Shown here one piece after another: positions 19,218 to 26,855 of a stretch of 49,982 nt of DNA. The DNA lies in NCBI GenBank assembly GCA_023139255.1, contig JAGLNY010000011.1, positions 1 to 49,982 on the forward strand, written 5' to 3'. The stretch's first letter is position 1, and each line of letters starts with the position of its first letter. The notes below the pieces were generated by a model. The model was not told the origin of the DNA. It was given only the letters and a program-made list of their open reading frames with translations, and did no database searches. Made by a program: the position numbers and the translations under genes. This DNA is from Spirochaetales bacterium. GTDB lineage: Bacteria > Spirochaetota > Spirochaetia > JABMQR01.

Positions 19218-20786
19218 GTGTCCAAAAAAATCAACCAGCTGTCGGAAATGTTTCACACCCTTTGTAATGAGTTAGGGGTCTCCTCACCCACCATTCTTCA
19301 ACAGAAGACACCGGAAATCGCTGTAGGTAACAAGTATCGCGACAGTATTATTGAATCCTCTGAAAATGATGGTACCATAATCGCAGGACTTCTTCTCTAC
19401 CTGCTTCGCGAGCTGGAAAACAATCGGGGAAAACCTGACAAAGCAACCGGTCAGGAACCGGAAAGGCTGCTGATTGTCGACCAGGAAGTCCTCGGCTTAA
19501 TTGAGCAGATCTATACACCGAATACTGCAGTAAGAAAAAAATGTCCTACTATCGGTATGATCGGAACCCGGAAAAATGCCAGAGAAGACTTAACTGCACT
19601 TCGTACCGGCAGCAAGTGTCTTGCATCAACTCCTGACAGGATCATTGACCACCTGCGCCGCAATAATATCAGCCTCGCAGCAGTTGCGGAAGTAGTCATT
19701 ATTAGACCAGATACTGAGAGCTATCCCAATATAGAAGAAGAAGGCTTTGGTGAGGTACTCCAGAGTTTCAATCGGGATTTGCAATATATCTACAAAAAAT
19801 TCAAAAAACATCCCAAAACCTTCCTCTTTTCCCCAAATCCGGAAGGAGATACGGCACTCAAGGAGCTCTTATACAGGCCACTGGTACTTTACCGCTCAGA
19901 TTGGTTACTGTTACCTCAAACTCTTCACATTGGAATTTTCCCCAAATTGTATCCTGGGCTTATTGCTGAAACAGTTTTCAGCCAACAAATTTCCGGGCAC
20001 ATTTTCATTCTCTGCGACAGTATCGCTGTAAAAAAGAATATACAACGAGATTTAAAAAAAGAAAAAATGTTTTTTTCAGGCTCGGTTCTATTAATAACCG
20101 AGCCATTTCCGTACAAGCAAGAACCAAGTACAATTATTTTCTATGAACTAAGTAAAAGTACAGAAATTCAGCAGATAGTTTCTGATATTGCCTGCAACAT
20201 GCAATTTCTCAATTACTTATGTCTAACGACTATCGACAAAAAAAATATCTGCCAAAAACTGGAGGAACTATTTACTATGAAAAATTCTCTTGATGAAAAA
20301 CCAAACCCTGAGCTCATCGCAGCCGGCAAAATCAGTATGCTTCTGGAAAAAATTCGCAGTGATAAAAACCCGGAAGATCTCCAATCAATTCGGAAACTGA
20401 TCAGAAAAACTGTTCCAATCTCTATGCGGATGTATTTGGCGGCATATCTTCTCCGTGATGCAATAGGAACCCTTCCCGGTATTAGCAGCAGATCTTCAGG
20501 ATCTATTAAAAGGATCAGAAAAAATGAAAATGCCGGAGAAGACACCACACTATTTATCAGTATTGGAAAAAGCAGACGGGTTTATCCCAAAGATCTCTCA
20601 CGTCTTCTACAGCAAGCTGCAGGATTGGAAAGTTCGGAAATACTTTCAATAAAAGTACTGGATAATTATTCATTTATCACTGTCCCTGAAAAAAATGCCG
20701 GTTTGACCGTTGACAAACTCAATGGAACACAATTTCGCGGGCGAACCATAACCTGTGATTATGCAAAAAAAAAGGCTGAGATATGA
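19218..20786 (+). CDS. DEAD-box helicase-like protein with degenerate catalytic motifs and an intact DbpA-type RNA-binding C-terminal domain
   Basis: C-terminus LFISIGKSRRVYPKDLSRLL..GLESSEILSIKVLDNYSFITVP..LNGTQFRGRTI matches the DbpA RBD pattern. Helicase-core positions are recognisable but changed: SPTILQQ for PTPIQ, ESSENDGT for AxTGxGKT, STPDRIIDH for TPGRLxD, IIRPDT for DEAD. Confidence 0.7.
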   Translation: MSKKINQLSEMFHTLCNELGVSSPTILQQKTPEIAVGNKYRDSIIESSENDGTIIAGLLLYLLRELENNRGKPDKATGQEPERLLIVDQEVLGLIEQIYTPNTAVRKKCPTIGMIGTRKNAREDLTALRTGSKCLASTPDRIIDHLRRNNISLAAVAEVVIIRPDTESYPNIEEEGFGEVLQSFNRDLQYIYKKFKKHPKTFLFSPNPEGDTALKELLYRPLVLYRSDWLLLPQTLHIGIFPKLYPGLIAETVFSQQISGHIFILCDSIAVKKNIQRDLKKEKMFFSGSVLLITEPFPYKQEPSTIIFYELSKSTEIQQIVSDIACNMQFLNYLCLTTIDKKNICQKLEELFTMKNSLDEKPNPELIAAGKISMLLEKIRSDKNPEDLQSIRKLIRKTVPISMRMYLAAYLLRDAIGTLPGISSRSSGSIKRIRKNENAGEDTTLFISIGKSRRVYPKDLSRLLQQAAGLESSEILSIKVLDNYSFITVPEKNAGLTVDKLNGTQFRGRTITCDYAKKKAEI

Positions 20787-21475
20787 TTCCGCAAATAATA
20801 AGAATTCCTGTTGGGGTAATAGGAACTAACTGTTATATATATCGTGAAAATAATGATTCGACCTGTTGGGTAATTGATCCAGGCGGGGAGAGCGATCGGA
20901 TAGTGCAGTCTCTTTCTAATGAAGGGCTGACCCCAAAAGGAATTCTTCTCACACATACTCATTTTGATCATATTCTGGGATTAACCGGGTTAATTGAACA
21001 TTATGGGGATTCCCTGCCGGTATTCGTACATTCCAAAGGACAATCATCCCTGGGAAAAACCGGGGGAGAAAAACAAAAACAAGCCCTTTTGATGATGTCA
21101 CCGACCATGGCGGAAACGAATTCTGAAATTTTGGCAAAGTTACCGGAACCAACAGAAATTTTTTATGTAAATCCCGGAACAGAACAGCAAGAGGAAGTCC
21201 CCGGATCTTCCCTTGTGGTTATCCAGACATCTGGACACACTCCTGATTCTGTATGTTATTTTTCTGCAAAATTCGGGATATTGTTTAGTGGTGATACGTT
21301 ATTCAGGGAATCAATCGGCCGATCAGACTTCCCGGGAGGAAGCAGCCAGGATATTCTTCACTCCATAGGCCGGAAACTTTATCTCCTTTCTGAAAACACG
21401 AAAGTCTATCCCGGGCATGGTGGATCTACTACCATTGGGCATGAGAAATCACACAACCCATTTATTACAGGTTAA
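20783..21475 (+). CDS. MBL-fold metallo-hydrolase (glyoxalase II-like)
   Basis: THTHFDH motif and later GHTPDS, GDTLF, PGHG. ATGA overlap with the upstream gene. Confidence 0.88.
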   Translation: MIPQIIRIPVGVIGTNCYIYRENNDSTCWVIDPGGESDRIVQSLSNEGLTPKGILLTHTHFDHILGLTGLIEHYGDSLPVFVHSKGQSSLGKTGGEKQKQALLMMSPTMAETNSEILAKLPEPTEIFYVNPGTEQQEEVPGSSLVVIQTSGHTPDSVCYFSAKFGILFSGDTLFRESIGRSDFPGGSSQDILHSIGRKLYLLSENTKVYPGHGGSTTIGHEKSHNPFITG

Positions 21476-21488
21476 TTAGTCAAATTCT

Positions 21489-21854
21489 TTATGCTCTTTT
21501 TTTTCTGTTTGACTCTTCACCTGTTTTACATTCTATGCAACGTACGGCATAAGGTATTGCGCGAAGTCTATCTTTGGGAATCTTTTTCCCACAACTCAGG
21601 CAAAGACCATATCGACCGTTTTTCAGTCGTGCCAGGGCAGCTTCAATCCGTCTCAACCTATTCGTTTCATGTTGATTAAGAGCCTCAAGCTTTCTGCACA
21701 TTACATCATCCGCAGCAATGTCCCCTAAATCCTTTATATCCATTCCGCTGACAAGTTTTTTGAAATCCTCATTTTCCGCAATAAACATTTTAAGAATATT
21801 TTCCTGGAGTACTGCCAGCCGCTCTTCAATTTCTTTGATAAATACTGTTTCCAA
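21489..21854 (-). CDS. DksA/TraR-family C4 zinc-finger protein
   Basis: C-terminal CLSCGKKIPKDRL..VRCIECK after a coiled-coil region. 121 aa. Confidence 0.85.
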   Translation of the reverse strand: METVFIKEIEERLAVLQENILKMFIAENEDFKKLVSGMDIKDLGDIAADDVMCRKLEALNQHETNRLRRIEAALARLKNGRYGLCLSCGKKIPKDRLRAIPYAVRCIECKTGEESNRKKRA

Positions 21855-22002
21855 GGGATCACCCGCCTACTCGCTCAATAATATGATGAATTGTTTTAGT
21901 ATAAATCCGAGTATTTGTCAACCGAATTCATTAAAAATTATAATTACCAGAGAATCAGTAGGTTACAAAAATATACTATTTTTTTATTCTGCAATCATCA
22001 GC

Positions 22003-22031
22003 TTGACAAAAGATTAAACATCCCATAGAAT
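22003..22031 (+). promoter_or_regulatory. Sigma70-like promoter of infA
   Basis: TTGACA (22003-22008), 17-nt spacer, TAGAAT (22026-22031). The leader has two short hairpins (GAAGTC/GACTTC, TGCAGA/TCTGCA). Confidence 0.5.
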
Positions 22032-22099
22032 TTTTTTTCGGAAGTCTGCGGGACTTCTGGTTTGCAGAGTTAGCATCTGCAGCATATTTAGGAGGAATC

Positions 22100-22318
22100 G
22101 TGGCTAAAGAAGAAGCTATAGAAGTTGAAGGTATTGTAAAAGAATCCCTACCAAATACCATGTTCAGGGTTGAACTGCAAAACGGACACTTAATTCTCGC
22201 ACATCTTTCAGGAAAGATGCGGAAACATTATATCAGGATAGTTCCAGGAGATAAGGTACGGGTGGCTCTTTCCCCCTATGACCTGACGAGAGGAAGGATA
22301 ATTTACAGGGAGAGATAA
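22100..22318 (+). CDS. infA: Translation initiation factor IF-1
   Basis: 72 aa. [25 protein letters not shown]...AH.SGKMR...IRI.PGD.V.V..SPYDL.RGRI.YR. GTG start after AGGAGG. Confidence 0.96.
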   Translation: MAKEEAIEVEGIVKESLPNTMFRVELQNGHLILAHLSGKMRKHYIRIVPGDKVRVALSPYDLTRGRIIYRER

Positions 22319-22356
22319 ACAAGAACTGCTCTTTTTTTATAAGGAAAATTTATAAA

Positions 22357-22387
22357 AGACATCGGTTAATTCCGATGTCTTTTTTTC
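22357..22387 (+). terminator. Rho-independent terminator of infA
   Basis: AGACATCGG (22357-22365) / CCGATGTCT (22372-22380) followed by T7. The stop codon of the convergent Smr gene lies in the loop. Confidence 0.7.
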
Positions 22388-22821
22388 TTTATTGCTACCC
22401 ATACTGCACCGCTCCCTCCCTCCGCACGGGGGGGAGTTCCGGACATCCCTCCATAAGGTGATGCATCAATACATTTTCTCACAACTTTTTTAAGGACAGA
22501 TTCCCGGTTTTCTGAGTGATTACCTTTTCCATGAATTATCTGCACTTTGTGGAAACCCTTTGCAGCAGAATTTTCAAGAAATTCTATAACAAGCTTTTCA
22601 GCTTCAACTGAAGTAAAACCGTGCAGATCAAGTTCATCTTGCGGTTTCATTCGCTTTAATTCAGATAGTAAGGGTTTATTTTGAATGACATTGTGTTCGC
22701 TCTCAGAATCACGAAACTTGCTCTGTCTCTCATGCTGTTCTGATATTTTCTTCCCATTCTCTGATTTTTCCCATTGATCAAGCAAATCCTTGAAGTTCAC
22801 GTTCTTACTTGCACCTCTCAT
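22366..22821 (-). CDS. Smr-domain protein
   Basis: ELDLHGFT..A and IIHGKGNHS motifs in the C-terminal ~80 aa. Confidence 0.85.
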   Translation of the reverse strand: MRGASKNVNFKDLLDQWEKSENGKKISEQHERQSKFRDSESEHNVIQNKPLLSELKRMKPQDELDLHGFTSVEAEKLVIEFLENSAAKGFHKVQIIHGKGNHSENRESVLKKVVRKCIDASPYGGMSGTPPRAEGGSGAVWVAIKKKRHRN

Positions 22822-23080
22822 ATATCAATAATCTCAATACCGGCAGTCTCTGTATTTTTCTCTTTCTCATAATCCACCGTGCTTCAGCTCCCAAGGCTTC
22901 TATTGCATTTTAGCAGGATTTCTTACCGCTTACCAGTATCTACCGCTCTAAATCCTCATGGGTACAATAGAATCTGCGGGTGCATTTCAATTAATTGAGG
23001 ATTGACAATAGACATGATTTTTATTAGTGTCTTATGGCGCATACAGATATATTTTCAATAAAAATATGCGTATACTTAGT

Positions 23081-23154
23081 GCTCCGGTAGCTCAGCAGGA
23101 TAGAGCAACTGCCTCCTAAGCAGTAGGTCGGACGTTCGAATCGTCTCCGGGGTA
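23081..23154 (+). tRNA. tRNA-Arg (anticodon CCT)
   Basis: Hand-folded. Acceptor GCTCCGG/CCGGGGT (two G.U), D-arm GCTC-AGCAGGATA-GAGC, anticodon stem ACTGC/GCAGT with loop CTCCTAA, T-arm GGACG-TTCGAAT-CGTCT, discriminator A. Confidence 0.88.
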
Positions 23155-23157
23155 AAA

Positions 23158-23195
23158 GAAGCCAGAATATCTTTGGGTATTCTGGCTTCTTTTTT
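23158..23195 (+). terminator. Terminator after tRNA-Arg
   Basis: 12-bp perfect stem GAAGCCAGAATA / TATTCTGGCTTC with an 8-nt loop, followed by T6. Confidence 0.75.
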
Positions 23196-23289
23196 CTTTG
23201 TGAGATGCGAGACAAATCCGGCAGTTTGATAATGAAGCTTTAAGAACTAAACCCATTCTCACCAATCAATAGATATCCCAATCCAAAAC

Positions 23290-23943
23290 GATCTCTCTCA
23301 AACTGCGATGGTTAATCCCGAAGGGATTTACCTCACGTTCAGAATCGGGGTTCTCAACTAGTTAAATCTTTCGAAAAACAAATCAACCTCCTACCGCAAA
23401 GAAAGCACTTCTTGACTGATACAGCATTTCAGCTTACATATTTTCTCTCGTATACCAGAATGTATTTGGGAGAAGTGTTTGCCCTTTCGCGGGGACAGAT
23501 AAAAAAAGACATCCTTACTATTATCGTGCGTACAAAATAAACTCAGCAAACGTTATCCTGGACAATATTTCAGAAAAGGATCAAGAGCTTATGTTCTCTC
23601 TTAACAGCCACAGGGTCTATTCAAAATGGCGGCATCCACAATTCTACCATGCAACTAAAGAGGCAGAACTACCCCGGGTAACCCCGCACTCTCTTAGGCA
23701 CTCCCTCAATTCTGCTCTGCTTTTAGCAGCAATCTCCCCCTATTTGATCAGACTTTATCTTGGATGGTTAAACACTTCTTCAATGCTTACAAGTGTGAGG
23801 AAGGTTATACTCATGCCTCAGTTGATAATTTACGACTAATAGCAGAAAAGATTGATGAGTTGTTATATAGGCCGCGGGCTGCAGATAACCAGAAAAAAAT
23901 TTTGTCATCTCCACTTTTATGTGATAGTATAACTGAAAGATGA
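23290..23943 (+). pseudogene. Tyrosine recombinase/integrase, frameshifted and N-terminally truncated
   Basis: Catalytic-domain pieces lie in three frames: ..YTRMYLGEVFALSRGQI (box I region, stop at 23540), ..VTPHSLRHSLNSALL..LGW (HxLRH, 23591-23839 ORF), then ..GYTHASVDNLRLIAEKIDELL (catalytic Tyr) ending at TGA 23943. Confidence 0.7.
23902..23930 (+). promoter_or_regulatory. Candidate promoter of the small Cys/His protein gene
   Basis: TTGTCA (23902-23907), 17-nt spacer, TAGTAT (23925-23930). Lies inside the integrase remnant. Confidence 0.4.
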
Positions 23944-23975
23944 ATAATGAGTACTGAAACCCAAGGAGTACTCAT

Positions 23976-24161
23976 ATGACTAATTATTATGTAAATAACA
24001 ATGCTCAAAATGATGGATGTCACGAAATCCACAGGGAAGGTTGTGTTTGCTTGCAAAAAATTGTTAGTAAAACAGATTTAGGATTACATAACACTTGTGA
24101 ATCTGCATTAGTTAAAGCGAGAAAATATTTCGCTTATGTTAACGGGTGTGCAAATTGTTAA
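23976..24161 (+). CDS. Small Cys/His-rich protein (putative zinc-binding), unknown function
   Basis: 61 aa. Strong SD AAGGAG 7 nt upstream. C..H..H...C.C ... NGCANC pattern. I have an unverified recollection of similar small NAQ.NG.HE.H..GC proteins in other anaerobes. Confidence 0.55.
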   Translation: MTNYYVNNNAQNDGCHEIHREGCVCLQKIVSKTDLGLHNTCESALVKARKYFAYVNGCANC

Positions 24162-24363
24162 AAAACGTGCCATACGAGAGAACATTGGTTTTAATATGAA
24201 TAATCTGCCGTACTACTCTCATTAAAACCTAATCTGCAGCCCCGCCGAATAGGTTGATTTCCATATATCAAAATTGAATATCGGAGTATCGAACATATAT
24301 TGAGCCCTACGGTGAGCATTAATTTATTAAAGCCCACTCCTATGGAACCTGCATTCCCGCAAG

Positions 24364-24459
24364 AATGTAACGAGGAATGAGTACAACTGTATAAAACAGA
24401 AGCAATTACCATAAAATCTCTCGCATTTTTCCATCGTTACATTATATGAAATGTAACGA
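24364..24459. promoter_or_regulatory. Three copies of the 10-mer AATGTAACGA (one inverted, forming a 10-bp perfect IR with 6-nt spacer)
   Basis: AATGTAACGA at 24364-24373 and 24450-24459. TCGTTACATT at 24434-24443. Non-coding context inside the island. Confidence 0.5.
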
Positions 24460-24839
24460 TTCTTTAAAAGTGTCTCTCATAGTAGTAATTGTATATCAGA
24501 TAAACAATACAGCTCACAATTACTTGTCCTCGCTACATCAAGCTCGGGAATGCAGGATGGAAATGCCAGCTTCAAGATCCCCCGTTCCGGCAACGTTTAA
24601 TACCTTACCTCCAAACATCCACTTGTCCCGTTAGCGAAGCTGTGATACATTCGTGAAAATAGGAAGAAATAAAAGAAATCAGTTGCTTTGATTCGTAGTT
24701 TTTGTTGCCGGCAGGTGTAATATATGCTACATTTAATACTAGTTTAATAAAATGTCAGCAAATGCCTAATTAATTGTACTGCATGGCTGATCCTAACATT
24801 TCATGAAGTATGTTGTTTTAGTTAGTAGGAGAATTAATT

Positions 24840-24992
24840 ATGTGCAAACCAAATGAAGTTAGAAAATTCAATAAAGAATTTAAAAAAGAAGCTAAAGAAA
24901 TACTTAAATCTGAAGAAGAAGTAAGAAAATTCTTGATGGGCGCTGGTATAATTACGGCAAATGGCAATCTGAAAAAAGTATATACCCAATAA
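24840..24992 (+). CDS. 50-aa Lys/Glu-rich helical protein (below the ORF-track cutoff); candidate antitoxin or partner of the downstream gene
   Basis: ATG at 24840 lies 8 nt after AGGAG (24827-24831). Translation MCKPNEVRKFNKEFKKEAKEILKSEEEVRKFLMGAGIITANGNLKKVYTQ. The TAA ends 3 nt before the next ATG. Confidence 0.45.
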   Translation: MCKPNEVRKFNKEFKKEAKEILKSEEEVRKFLMGAGIITANGNLKKVYTQ

Positions 24993-24995
24993 ACC

Positions 24996-25586
24996 ATGTA
25001 TTCAAAAAGGCCACATATTGTAATTGGCTTTCATGGGTGCGCTGAAACCAGCCTTGACACAATACTTAATCATAAACAAGAAATGAAAAAAAGTACTCAG
25101 GATCATGATTGGTTAGGTGAAGGCATGTATTTTTGGGAAAATAATTATGAACGTGCATTAGAATGGTCCAAGACAAAACATACAAACCCCGCTGTACTTG
25201 GAGCACTCATTGATCTAGGCCAATGTTTAGATTTTATTGATTCGCGTTAATTAAATCTTTTACCACAAGCTTATGCGAATTTAAAGTCATTTGTAGAAAA
25301 ACTACATTTACGTATGCCAATCAACAAAAAAGTTGATACAAATTCTGATGACTATCCTTTGCGATATCTTGATTGTGCTGTGATACAAATGATTCATCAA
25401 AGGAATGAATGGGGGAAAAAGACTCCATACGATTCTGTTCGAGGAGTTTTCTGGGAAGGAAACGCTCCATATAATACTTCGGGATTTAGAGAGAAAAATC
25501 ATATTCAAATAAATGTTCGTAACCCAAACTGTATAAAAGGGTATTTCATACCAAGAAAAAAACATAAAGAATGGTGCATACCATAA
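24996..25586 (+). pseudogene. Uncharacterised about 196-aa protein with H-G-C ... G-E-G-M-Y-F-W ... A-L-E-W motif order (ART/DUF3990-like impression), interrupted by one in-frame TAA
   Basis: ORFs 24996-25250 and 25314-25586 share a frame. Only TAA 25248-25250 separates ..LDFIDSR from LNLLPQAYANLKSFVEKLHLRMPINKK... Confidence 0.55.
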
Positions 25587-25701
25587 TTCCCTGGTGTCAC
25601 TCTTGGTGACACTTGATAAAAAAATATACCTATTTATCCAAATCTATAGTATAATATACGGCATACAGATGTATCAAATGCATATTTGGTGTATCGGCTC
25701 G

Positions 25702-25734
25702 GCCTCCTAAGCAGTAGGTGTAGGTCGGACGTTC
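25702..25734 (+). repeat. Right-hand direct repeat / pseudo-tRNA-Arg fragment
   Basis: Identical to tRNA positions 23111-23137 apart from the GTAGGT duplication. Weaker similarity continues upstream (GCATACAGAT at 25661-25670 vs 23039-23048; GCTCGG vs GCTCCGG). It lacks the D-arm and the tRNA 3' end. Confidence 0.75.
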
Positions 25735-25818
25735 AGAAAAACCAATCGTAGATTGGTTCCGGCTCCAGCCGCTTCCCCTACAAGCACTTGTCCGATTGAA
25801 GTGATTGTTAGATGAAAA

Positions 25819-26124
25819 TTATTCTATTCCAAGAACTAATTTAATGCCTTCATTGACTTCATAAAATATTGATTTATTAATTTTTGATATTTTTTTTATT
25901 AATCTATGCTTATCAATAGCATAAATTTGTGAGACTACAATAACTGAATCTTTTGACAAACCAGTAAAATCTGTTTCAACAAGAACATTTCCAGGGGCGT
26001 CACTTAAACCTAAATTAGTGGTAAATGGAATAACAATAATTGTATGTATTTTGCTTTTATTAAAATTGTCGTCCTGGATAATGAGTACTGGACGTTGAAA
26101 AACCATACCTATTGAATCAAACAC
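25819..26124 (-). CDS. MazF/PemK-family toxin homolog, probably N-terminally truncated; no cognate antitoxin gene
   Basis: ..RPVLIIQDDNFNKS..TIIVIPFTTN..SVIVVSQIYAIDKHRL aligns with the PemK/EndoA core. Only about 10 aa precede RPVL (about 25 expected). GTG start. The open frame reaches back only to TAG 26158-26160, inside the upstream gene. Confidence 0.6.
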   Translation of the reverse strand: MFDSIGMVFQRPVLIIQDDNFNKSKIHTIIVIPFTTNLGLSDAPGNVLVETDFTGLSKDSVIVVSQIYAIDKHRLIKKISKINKSIFYEVNEGIKLVLGIE

Positions 26125-26146
26125 TAATCCTTCGCATTTGTAACAA

Positions 26147-26839
26147 TTATTTAAAACCTAATAGACCCAATCCAAAAATACCAAATACAACAAGTGCAAG
26201 ATCGGCACTAATATGTATAATCCATGAGGCAAGTATACTTTCTGTTTTTTTCACAAAATATGCAAATATCAATCCCCCGACAAACAAGCCAAGTAACATA
26301 ACCATCATGAGTCCTATACCAAACCATGCCTCAAATACAGTCACATGATACATTGCAAAGGCTGCCGATGAGATGATATAAGCAGGTTTTTTCCATCCCC
26401 GCTTTAACAACTCCTGGAAAATGAACCCTCTAAAAAAATACTCTTCTATAAGTGAATTAACAAAAATTGTATATACCCCGGCCAAAATCATACCCTGCCC
26501 GCTTAATTTCATGCGATTGGCAAAATCTGAACTAATCGCTTCTATATCTATAAATGATTTCAAGACAAAAGCCACTACAGTAATTATCACAAAGATAAAA
26601 ATTGACGAAAGAAGAATAAATTTCTGTTCTGATTTTTTAATTCTTACAGAGAATTTTGATTTTAGCAGGAAGCGTTGAATCATAAATGGGAATACTGTAA
26701 ACATGGGAATTTTTATGATTGTTTTAAGGAAATATGGTGTCATTAAAACCTGTTCAACAACATAGAGAAGGAGCAGACAAACAACCGAGTACGCAATAAT
26801 TTTTCTTTTCATACTATCTTCGTACCCTATTTCTGACAT
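26147..26839 (-). CDS. CPBP (CAAX/Abi) family intramembrane metalloprotease
   Basis: Multi-TM. EEYFFRGF and FAMYH motifs, later H in WIIHISAD. Confidence 0.85.
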   Translation of the reverse strand: MSEIGYEDSMKRKIIAYSVVCLLLLYVVEQVLMTPYFLKTIIKIPMFTVFPFMIQRFLLKSKFSVRIKKSEQKFILLSSIFIFVIITVVAFVLKSFIDIEAISSDFANRMKLSGQGMILAGVYTIFVNSLIEEYFFRGFIFQELLKRGWKKPAYIISSAAFAMYHVTVFEAWFGIGLMMVMLLGLFVGGLIFAYFVKKTESILASWIIHISADLALVVFGIFGLGLLGFK

Positions 26840-26855
26840 ATAAACAAATCCAATC

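Larger units (their letters stand above)
23111..25734 (+). mobile_element. Decayed integrative island at tRNA-Arg(CCT), bounded by a direct repeat of the tRNA anticodon-loop-to-T-arm segment
   Basis: The 27-nt segment gcctcctaagcagtaggtcggacgttc (23111-23137) recurs at 25702-25734 with only a 6-nt GTAGGT duplication. The interior holds integrase remnants, orphan small genes and visibly AT-richer DNA. Confidence 0.65.

Noticed and set aside
11238-20773. A8-A9 homopolymer tracts inside cheB (about 11238), cheR (about 12788) and the helicase-like gene (20765-20773), and between the SD and ATG of ssb (2181-2189), as phase-variation switches.
   Set aside because: They encode Lys-rich linkers in an AT-rich genome, all genes are in frame, and there is no evidence of length heterogeneity from a single sequence.
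23024-23215. 63-aa minus-strand ORF overlapping tRNA-Arg and its terminator.
   Set aside because: It is fully explained by the tRNA gene and its terminator hairpin on the opposite strand.
24348-24556. The 12-bp perfect inverted repeat taken alone as evidence for a structured RNA.
   Set aside because: A 12-bp inverted repeat within about 300 nt is expected roughly once by chance in 50 kb. It is only kept as supporting context for the 10-mer cluster.
24191-24634. ORFs 24191-24412 (minus) and 24446-24634 (plus) in the island non-coding tract.
   Set aside because: They have no SD and no recognisable motifs. The start of the second lies inside the 10-bp palindrome. I treat the tract as non-coding.
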